From Octopus bimaculoides (lineage: Eukaryota), in assembly GCF_001194135.2 (NCBI RefSeq), contig NC_068981.1, positions 2,408,575 through 2,472,574 of the forward strand: a stretch of DNA of 64,000 bases, given 5' to 3'. Positions within the stretch are counted from its first letter, which is position 1. Each line of letters starts with the position of its first letter. Both the position numbers and the translations under genes were made by a program. The notes under the pieces are model-generated. The model saw only the letters and a list, made by a program, of their open reading frames with translations. It did not search any database and had not been told where the DNA came from. Positions 36,101-47,394 of this stretch are shown one piece after another.

Positions 36101-39100
36101 CAAGATATCTCAAGAACTGCTGGATGGATTTGGATGAAACTTTCAGGGATGTTTGGCCTCGTGACTGGCACAAACTGATTAGATTTTGGGATTGATCCAA
36201 TACCAGACAAGGATTCTGGATTGGGTTCATTTTTAGTATTCTCATTTGTGAGAGCAGTTGAGTTTATTTCAGATATTCTCATTCTAAAAATTCTCTCTGG
36301 TTAATCGTTGAGAAGACGTTGGTGTTGCCTTGGTGGAGGTGTACGCTCTATGAGTGCTCTTGTTATTCTTGATTTTAATCTCCTTCCTTTTACATTGTAA
36401 CTCGTTATAACACTGGACTTAAATGACTTTGCCTTTCATCTTTTCAGGGTGAGTAAAACAAGTACCAGTTGAGCACTGGGGCTGATGTAATTGACTTACC
36501 TCCTCCCCCGAACTTGCTGGCCTTGTGCCAAAATTTGAAACCATTATTTACTTTATTTTATTTTATTTTATTTTTGTAGAATTGTCTCCGAGAATTACTG
36601 GTTCATCTGCTTTGAAATGGGAGAGAAGTGTTGCATCATCAACTTCAGGCAGCAGAAGATCCCTGTTGCCCAAGTCTCCAGAGAAGACTGCTTCCCCTCG
36701 TCTCTTTCTTAAACTTGTCAAGGATGTGCCCTGTAGTGGAGAAACGTCTGAAAAATCTAAAGATACAACTGAAACACAATACAAAGCATACAGTGTAACT
36801 GTAGAACATAAAGACTGCATCTCCTTTGTAGAAAGTAACAGTAGTAATGACAGTGATTTATATGAACCTCGCATTTTGGAGCGTGCTAGTGATTTAGGTA
36901 GTACATCGGTTAGCAATTTATCAGCTAGTATGGTTGCAGCAGGTATGAAAGAAAGTGGTCAGTCAGACAATCGTGTATCCGGCATGACTATAGCACCAGA
37001 AACTTTACCGCATCAAGGAAGCATTAACAATAAAGTTTGTGTTGGTGATAGTCAACTGAATGATGAAGCTAATAAAAGCTTTGGTGAGACAGTTTCATCT
37101 CATTCTGTGCAGACATTTACTCCACAGTTTGAGGACATCAGTGATCCTGAAGATGAAACTGGTATGTCTGAAATTCTTAAACAGCAAATGCCAGTACAAA
37201 TAAGAACTGATTCTAATTGCATTCCACAAAGTAAAGAACTGGACACTAGTAATATTATTACTACATCTCAATCAAAGTTGAAATGTTTAACAACATCCTC
37301 ATCCTCATCATCATCTGATTTTCCACATGAATTATCATTAATATCATCATCAATAACATCATCCAATTCTCATGGTAATGCTATTAGCTCAGGAACAACA
37401 AATAATAATAATAACATTCAAGGAGATATACACACAGTAGACACAAACATTATTTCAAATACTTCAATAAGAAGGCATTCTAGTAATAATATTACAAATT
37501 CTAGTACGTTGGTAACAAGCGGGCCAGCTAGTCAAATACCCACCAAATGGGAGCTCCATTCTTGTCCACCATCTACTGATGACCATCTTTGTGGGTTAAC
37601 CTTAAAATCTGAGGGTTCTCGTACTTCTTCTTCACCTACTAGATCTGAGAAAGATAGATTTGCTTTAAAATCAGACAAAGAACCTAGATCTTCATCCTCA
37701 TCCTCATCATCATCTTCATCTTCCTCATCATCATCATCGTCATTATTAAAAGTACCACCTTTGAGAATAATAATCCCACCAAAACAAACATCCTCTATGG
37801 ATTCAGATAACTTGAAAATGCTCCTAACTAAACCAGCATTACCGTACGTTTTAAACCCAACACGAGAAAACAATTTAGAAGAGCAAAATAATGAATGTCA
37901 TATAGCCTCCCAAGCATCATCAAGGGCCTCGAGTCCAACTTCTTCACGCCCTTCATCTGCTGCTAGTGATCATGCTGCCTCATCTACTGCTGGCAGCAGT
38001 GTAACAATGGCTGTCCCTCTGACAACAACGACTTTACATATGACAGCCAATCAGTCAGCTTCGTCTGGGGATAAAGCTGTTTCCATTACTAACACCAACA
38101 CAGCTACTACTGTTACAGTTACCACCACAGTAACTAGTATTAACAGCAATAATTCACCCGATACAGATATTAAGTCAAATTTCCATGGAAGCAACAAACT
38201 ACCTACTAACTCTGCCTCAGTGACAATTACCACCACATCTAGTGCAACTTCATCCACCACCACCACCACCAGTAACTCTGAGAAAACTAGTCAAACACAT
38301 GCTACACGAGATACTGATTCTCTTGTTGTGAAAGAGAAAGATGAATTAATAAAACTAAAAGACAAAGAAGATACTAAGGAAGAGAAAGAAGAAAAGACCA
38401 CACAAAGAATTACACGATGTCTCCGTTCACATACAGCACAATTACAACAACAGAAAAGAGAGCAACATTCTGATAAACAAGGTATCATCTCTCTCTTTCT
38501 CTCTCTCTATTTTTTTCTCTCTCATACCAAAGTCAAATCATTTACAAGTTCTCAGCACTCATGAAAAAACACAGCTAAAAGCCTTTCTGTTTTTCTAATG
38601 TTTATTCTGACAAAATGTGATCTCTACTGAATTTACCCACAAAATCTGTTTTGAAAAATTGTTCTTTTTTTCAGAGCCAATAAGTATTTCAAGGTTGAAC
38701 AGTTCCTAACCTTTTGCAATGCCCCCATACAGCCACCTGTTCCAATATTGGCAACACTTCTCTCATTCTATTATTGAAGTATTACATAGTGTATCATATA
38801 TGTCAGTTAAAGGTAGGGTGGCAGTGTCAATGACCTTTGCATTCCCTCCCAAACTGGTGAGATTTATGCAGCTGATACACAGGTGGAATAGTTTGCAGGT
38901 CTGATTTCTATAAGTAAAAAATGTGGGCAGTGAAGAAGAACCAGGAATCTGGTCTGTGTGCTTCTAATTCAGTGAGTGAATTATGCAAAAGGCATACAGG
39001 GGCAAAGTGGTGGTTTTGAACAAAAATGCTTGTTATGTCTACTTTTAGACTCATTATAAACCATCATATCTAATCCTTAGTCTCCAAATCTGCATTCCTC

Positions 39101-40517
39101 TGCAACTCATTTTCTGCTTGCATCTATCTAAAAGACATCAATCTTGTATGGAGGCTTAGTGGTTATTAGTTAGGGTGTTGAACTCATGATAGTAAGGTTG
39201 TAGTTTCAATTCTTGGACCGGGTGATGCATTGTGTTCTTGAGCAAAACTCTTCATTTCACATTGCTCCAGTCCACTGAACTGATAAAAATTAGTAATCCT
39301 GCAACAGACGGGGATCCCATCCAGGTGGGGGGTTAATATATAGGTCACAGAAACTGGGAAGCTGGCCCCAAGTCTGTCTGACTTAAGAAGGATCTTTATT
39401 GATTTTGTGACCTGATTCACAGTTGCTCGACCCAACTAATGAACTAACATATCTTATAATTGAAAAGATATGGTTGTAAATAATCCTCTTTAAAACTGCT
39501 AAATAGTTCCTGTATTTTAGTATAAACTAAAAATTTGTGGGAGTGTCCAACATGTTTATAATGTGATAATGGAGGAAAGAAATTAACTAGAAATATAGTG
39601 GATGGCTCAGCCTTCATTTCTGGATAATGTTGGAGGGAGGAAAAAACTAAGTCTATGTCAGTTGATTCATCAACATTTAACAACTGTTTTCCGTGCCTAC
39701 ATGAGTTTGACAATTTGACAGGATCTGATGAGCTGCAGGACTATGCTGAGCCAAAGGGAGAGCTTTGGCATAGTTTCCATGAGTGGTTGCCCTTTTTAAC
39801 ATTAACCACATTACAGAGTGTATTGGGTGCTACCAGTATTAGTTGGGGTGTTGAGTAACTTGCAAGGCATAAAAAGGAAAAGCCCCACAACTAAGCTGGG
39901 AGAGTATTTGAGAGGGCCGGGTGGCTTTATGCCTGATATCGAGGGGCTAAAGTATGATAGAGGGACAAGCACAGGTGTCTTGCTTGAGAGAAGCTACATG
40001 GCTACCCTGTATTACAGAACGGTGGGAGTAGTTGGGAAGAAGACAAATATGATAGCATTGAGGTGCCAGAGCAAACCCTCAAGGTACAAGAAGGTGAGCA
40101 TAAGAGAGGATATGGACAGTAGATCAGGGTGGGAAAGTGGGTAGTTTCATAAGGGTGTGAGGGAAGACAAACATGGTTAGAGATGGAGGTAGAGGTGAAT
40201 GTAGTGAGTAATGAACAAAGGTGGAGGTGTGGTTGATGGGAAATATGTCCTTTGCAATAGCACTTTTATTTTATTTATTTCATTATTAAATTTAAGTATG
40301 GTTCTATGTATGTTACCCACTTATGAGAAGTAGTCTTTTATCTTTTCTTGTTAAAGTTCAAGATCTTATCCTTAGACAATCTGGAACTCGACTGAGGATA
40401 GGAAGCTCCAAATGACCCGTCCTTGTTTTTTCCTGTCCTTTTTTGTATCATCTGACTGTCGGGATGTTTTGTTGTCGCCTGTTAGGTTTTTGTTCCATTT
40501 TCTGTTTTCTTCATGTG

Positions 40518-40564
<47 letters not shown>

Positions 40565-43500
40565 CAATATAACCATATTTTAACTCTAGATGGTTAGGTT
40601 GTATGCTAAATTAACAAGGTTATCTCTTCCTTCTTTGTTCATCTCAATTTCTGAGCCATTTTAACATTTGAGGTACTTCACATCACTAATATTGTCTGTT
40701 TAGTGCTGCTTTGAGTCAACTTAAAGGTTGGATATAGTATACTTTCATTCACTTCCTACCCTTTTCCATGTGCTCCAAACTTAACTACCTTCAACTGACA
40801 GTCTCTGCTATATTTAACATTACTCTTAACTTTTAAAAAGCTTACATTCTCAATGCTTACACTAGCACAGTACTTTCTTCATATATAAATGTTGTAGGAA
40901 TGTTTAATTAATAATAAACCAAACTTCCTGAACAACCGTCAGATTTGTCTATTCCAGGGTTTGCACAAAATGCAATTCAAACCCTTAAGATTATTCTTGT
41001 CAATAGCTACTTCCCTGGGGCAGCCAATTTGAGGAAGGATATTTCCTGAGCAGGTTTTGCATGTCAATATAGAGCCTGTTTTCAATTTTCTTTCACGCGT
41101 GAATATTATAGCTCATGTACCCAGTGTTTGCAGTCAGTTAGAGACTATGGAATTTCACCATCAAAACGAGTCCTGTATTGCTACTTACTTGAATTTGTTC
41201 TTAGATTTATTGTTATACCTATGGCAAAGAACTTTGATTTCGTAGGATTGTAAAGAAGCCTCTGTAATTACCACACTCAGTACAGCCACCACTATGTCCC
41301 TCTGACTTCCATCTTCGTCTTCCTCCTTATGCCTTGCATATCATCGCCCTCCTTTCTGATCTCTCTACAAGTTTATGATACTAATTCTCCTCTCCTTTCC
41401 TGTGCTACCGCTTGTTATCTCCTCCTTCCCGGGCCACTTTTACCCCACCCCTTCTATTCATTCCGATATTTACTATCAACCACATCTCTACCCTTGCTCA
41501 TCATTCACTATATTCACCTCTACCCCCACCTCTAACCATCAGTTACTTTCCTTTCACCCCCTTATGAAATGACCAACCCTCTTCCACCTGACCCTGATCT
41601 ACTCCCCCTCTCCCTCTTATACTCACTTTCTTTTACCTTGAGAGTTCGCTCTGGTAGCTCACCACCACCAGCTTTATCTTCTTTTTGGCTCCTCCCATCC
41701 GTCCTTATGCAATTCAGGGTAGTTGTGTATCTGCAAAAGTGTTGTGCTTGTCCCTCTATCATACAGTAACCTCTCAACATGTGGCATAAAGGGCATAAAG
41801 CCATTTACCCCTCTTTCAACCCTCTCCCCTCCCTCTATCAAGGGGGATTTTTTTTCTTGTAAATTATTTGGTGACCTCACTAGTGCACTGGTGTGCAGAA
41901 ATGTGCCCAGTACTTTAAAGTGTTTGGCATTCAGCCATAGAAAGTGCTGACACGAGTGCTTAGCACTGTCCAAGGACTCTGTCAAACTGTCCAACTCATG
42001 TCAGCATGGAAGACGGACATTAAATGATGACGATTCAAATATGAGAAAGGAAAGTTACAAAATCAGATTGCTGCCTTCCAGCTTGTCTTTTTATACAACA
42101 TATTTCTGTTGTATAAACAGCAGAATACTTTAACTAAACTCAAGGAAAATAGGAGACAACTGGCACATGGCTTTCAATTCTACATTGAAAACATTTTAGG
42201 TTTCCACAATTTTTTAAGAATTTCACTTTTATCAGTCCATTTTGTAAACACTGTTATTCCTAGAAACTCTTTCCTCAAGAAAATTCCATGGCAAATATTT
42301 TGTCTTCCATCTCACATTTGTTTTTAATAAGAAATAGTAGTTGTACTACTAACCAAATGGTAGCACTTCAGTCATTTAGCCATGAAACATGGCACTAATT
42401 ACAGACTGGTTGACAACAAATGATCCTAATTTATAGTCAAAAAGGGAGAAGTAACTATGAAAATATATTCTTTAACTATTCAATGTATCTGAATTTGCAA
42501 AATGTTCCAGTCGTTTGTTCAGAAAAGTCAAGTGTCAACATATTTAATTAAAATACTAAAATGAAGTGCTAATTAGAGATGAATTGTGGAATGATGAAAA
42601 TATTAATCAATAGAGATGTAAGATAAACTTATGGCAAATATTATGTAAATTAGGACAGTTTTGTTCTAGATCACTTTGTGTCTGGTATAAATAGCTATAA
42701 ACCCCTAGCCTCTGTGTGGTTAGGAAAATGAGCAACTGATACCTGTTAGAGTAGTAAAAATGCTACAATTCATCAGCTCAGTCTTTACTTATATGATCAG
42801 AGAGAGAGAGAAAATATTTGGTTTGAATATATGTTTTCCACAGTTTTTCAAGGGAGCATGTCACCTGGTCGTTTCAGCCCACATGGGTTTGCGAAAGGTA
42901 CTCTTTGCTAAGAGTCTGAGGCAGCCAGGACATTCACTGTGAAAACTTAATATGCTCAGAGTGAGCCCTGCTGGCTTGTATTGGAAAAGCATGGAATGAT
43001 AATAAGATTAATAATGTGTTTACTAAAGATATACATAAAGAGTTTATATCTGTAATTATCTAAAAGCACTAATAGACCTTCTATTAATTAATGTTGTCAA
43101 CAGTTGCACTGATATCAAATTAGGACAGACGAGTTTAGTTCTATCTAAGCTTGTATATACTATAAATAGCTTTAAGCTGTTGCTATTGTCTATGGTTAAG
43201 AAAATGAGTAAGCAGCCTCTGATGAGGTGGCATAAACCATTGAAACTAGGCAGACTGATCACTAGGAGAAAAACGTGGTTTGATTTAACTGCTCCGGTAT
43301 CTGCTTCCCACAGCAAGGTTGAAAAATGTGCTTACATTTCTAGTTATTCTAAAAATGCTATGTACTGATTCCATTAATTGTTATTAGTCAATCACGAATA
43401 ATGTTTTAATTAATCTTGCTGCAAGCACGGGAGATAACTCTGGCTATATCTCTCTTAGTTTGGATCTCATTAATGATGGGATAGAGTTGGTTGTACTTGC

Positions 43501-44334
43501 TGAAGCAGTGGTGTGAGAATTGCATGGTAGTTGTACAATACCATTCATGAAGACTGAGGTGTGTCATAATCCTTGGGACTCATAAAGCTGGGGCTTAACC
43601 AGCTTTCCATAGTGTATGAGATCAAGGAAGAGATGCTTGTTTGCCACCGGATTAATTTCCTTTGCTGGTACACATTTACAGCTAAGTGGACTGGAGCTAT
43701 GTGAAATGAAATGTTTTGCTCTAGAACACAACCTACTGTCCAGTCCAGGAATTGAAACAACAATCTTGCAATTATTAGTATAACACTTCAACCACCAGGC
43801 CATGTGCCTTTTCCTATATGAATTAGCTTGGAAATTGAGTGAATTTACTGAAGGTTGATAGCTGCATGAAAAGCAAATAAAGTTACTGTTATATATATGA
43901 CACACTGTCCATTCAAAAGCTAATTAGAAATTAAATAGTGAAGAAAAGACAATTAAGGTACAAAACCTGCCCAGAATTGTCTCCCTTACTTGCCTGAATA
44001 ATGATAAGTCATTGACAATAAGTACCTTTTTTGCCTCACCTCATGATTATTTCTAAATACCTTTTTACCGCTCACCGTTGCAAACATGCTCACATTAACT
44101 TAATCATAGTTTCTCCTGCAGTTAGTGTCTCTTTGTAATATATTCAGTAAAAGAATAACGATGGAATTTTATTACATAATACAGACATAGGCGCAGAAGT
44201 GGCTGTGTAGTAAGTAGCTTGCTTCCCAACCACATGGTTCTGGGTTCAGTCCCACTGCGTGACACCTTGGGCAAGTGTCTTCTACTATAGCCTTGTAAGT
44301 GGATTTGGTAGGCAGAAACTGAAAGGAGCCCGTC

Positions 44335-44370
<36 letters not shown>

Positions 44371-45897
44371 NNNNNNNNNNACACGTGTGTGTGTGTGTGT
44401 GTGTGTGTATTTGACCCCCAACATCGCTTAACCTATGTTGGTGTGTTTATGTCCTTGTAACTTAGCAGTTCGGCAAAAGAGACTGGTAGTATAAGTACTA
44501 GGCTTACAAAGAATAAGTCCTGAGGTTGATTTGTTCAACTAAAGGCGGTGCTCCAGCTTGGCTGCAGTCAAGTGACTGAAACAAGTAAAAGAAAAGAAAA
44601 TTATGACTATGATCTGTAAATGCAGTGCACCATTACAAAGGATCTATAATGTCACTTTGAAATGGTAAATGGTTAACACAATGCTTTTAAGATCTCTCTG
44701 CCTCTTTCGGTACCATGTCCAGAATGTAAGACATAGGTGATCATGTCCTGCCACGATTCTGTTCTTTGTTTTCTTTAACAGTTCCATTTCCTGATGTTTA
44801 ATGCCTCTTTCTTCCAACCAGCTCATCAAACTTAACATCCACATCATCCCTTTCTTTCCTTTGCTTCTTTTCCCTTTAATCTTTCTGGTCATCACTAAAT
44901 TCTCCAGGCCTTCTTTTCTCATCACATGACCAAGAAATCTCAATTGCTTGGCCCTCACCTCACAAAGCAATTTTTTTATTTACCACAGCTCAGGTAATCA
45001 CTTCTTCATTAGACACTTTGTCTGTCTGTGCTGTCCTCAATATTCTCCTTAAGAACCACATTTCACAGCTCTCCAAGCAGCTTCTCACTTCTGATGTTCT
45101 GGACCATTTCCTCACTTCTGTACACAACAGTTCAGTATGTGGATCTTGGTCTTGATGCCCAGTGTATGATTTCTCATGTGTTATACAATTTTGAGAATGT
45201 AAATTTTGCCAGCACCAGCCATCTTTTGATCTCCTTCACACATCTTGCGTCTCCTGTGATCAAAGTTCCCAGGTAGTTGAAGGATGATACCTGCTTAATG
45301 ATTTGATTGTTCACTTTCAGCATGTATTTTGAGCTTCTCTTTGTCACTACCATCCGTTCTGTCTTCTCTTGCAACGTAAACTCTCCTGAGTGGTTGGCGT
45401 TAGGAAGGGCATCCAGCCATAGAAACCCTGCCAGATCAGATTGGAACCTGGTGCAGCTCCTTGCCTTACCAGTTTTCAGTCAAACCATCCAACCCATGCC
45501 AGCATGGAAAGCAGACGTTAAATGGTGGTGATAGTGATGAAGAATCTTATTTAAATAATTTCCATTTAATAACAGTATATTCAAAAGCTATTCAATGGCA
45601 TATATGCAAGTAAAAAGTAATTATTATTATTATTTTCATTATTAAGGCAGCGAGCTGGCAGAATCGTTAACACGCCAGGCGAAACGCTTAGCAGTATTTC
45701 ATCTGCTGCTACGTTCTGAGATCAAATTCCGCTGAGGTCGACTTTGCCTTTCATCCTTTTCGGGGTCGATTAAATAAGTACCAGTTACGCACTGAGGTCA
45801 ATGAAATCGACTATCCCCCTCCCCCAAATTTCAGGCCTTGTGCCTATAGTAGAAAGAATTATTATTATTATTATTACTACTACTACTACTGCTACTG

Positions 45898-45933
<36 letters not shown>

Positions 45934-47363
45934 AGGCTTGTAGCTGGCAGAATTGTTAGCACACTAACAAATACTCAGTGACATTTCTTCTGAGCTTATT
46001 TTCTGAGTTCAAATTCCTCCTAGCTCAAGTTTGTCTTTCATCCTTTCAGGGGTTAATAGATTAAGTCCCAGTTGAGCCCTGGAGTCAATGCAATCAACAA
46101 AGCTCCTTCCCCACCAAATTTCAAGCCTTGTGTCACTAGTAGAAAGGATTATCATCAGTATAAACTATTAAATGCTCTGTTAGTTAACAGAGCTGTTGTC
46201 TTGAGATTTGGTGACACGTTTCCTCTGATCTCAAGAATCTTTCTTAGGGTTTCTGCAGGTTGACAATGTGGGTCTCAACTCCAATATCCTTCAACTTCTT
46301 AGGTAGCAGTGTGGGTGTTGGGCCAAGTGTACCTATTACCATAGGAATAATCGTCTCAGTCTTCCCCAATTACTTCACCTCTCTGACAAAGTCCTGATAT
46401 TTCTCAGTTTTCTCACTATCCCCTCTATTATGCTATTGCAAAGTCTATGATCTTACACTTTGTTTCTTTTGTTCTCTATAATCATATCTGGTCTTCTTGG
46501 TAACTACTATTATTATTATTATTATTGTTCAGTAGTTTTATTTTTATAACGTGCTTTCACTTCACTACCGAGCGCAGCTCTGTGTACCTTGGGTATGTGC
46601 TGTGGTTTGCTGTGATGCTCTTATGGTTACTGTATTGAAAGTGTTTTGCGTAGGATGTGTGCAGTGCCCAGTAGTGCAATTTTCTCTGTTATATATATTT
46701 GTAAGTCCTGGTGTTTTTGTTATGTATTTGTCTGAATATTTTTTTATTATACCTAAGGCACCTACTATGATAGGAATTGTTTCTGTTTTTAGATTCCACA
46801 TTCGAGTTACCTCTATTTCCAGGTCTTTGCATTTTGAAAGTTTTTCCATTATTATTATTATTATTATTATTATNNNNNNNNNNNNNNNNNNNNNNNNNNN
46901 NNNNNNNNNNNNNNNNNNNNNNNNNNNNNNNNNNNNNNNNNNNNNNNNNNNNNNNNNNNNNNNNNNNNNNNNNNNNNNNNNNNNNNNNNNNNACTATCCC
47001 CTCTATTATGCTATTGCAAAGTCTATGATCTTACACTTTGTTTCTTTTGTTCTCTATAATCATATCTGGTCTTCTTGGTAACTACTATTATTATTATTAT
47101 TATTGTTAAGGTGGTGAGCTGACAGAATCATTAGTATGCTGGACGAAATGCTTAGTAGTATTTCACCCATCACTGTGTTCTGAGTTCAAATTCTGCTGAT
47201 GTTGATTTTGCCTTTCATCCTTTCAGGGTTGATAAAATAAATACCAGTTAAAAACTGGGGTTGATATAATCGACGCTTCCCCCACCTCCCCCATGCTGCC
47301 CTTGTGGCAAAGATTTGAAATAATTATCATAATTGTTGTTATTTATTATTATAATTCTTCTGA

Positions 47364-47394
<31 letters not shown>

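Noticed and set aside
36563-38488. Antisense ORFs overlapping exon 7
   Set aside because: They are shadows of the low-complexity sense ORF (poly-Ser reads as poly-Asp/Glu) with no independent signals.
38482-38564. Extension of the 679-aa ORF to a stop at 38564
   Set aside because: It reads through the donor into a CT-rich intron; splicing at 38481 restores the conserved C-terminal exons.
38675-38683. Possible 9-nt in-frame microexon (tttttcag|AGCCAATAA|gtattt)
   Set aside because: The acceptor is good but the donor is very weak, and it cannot be supported without junction reads.
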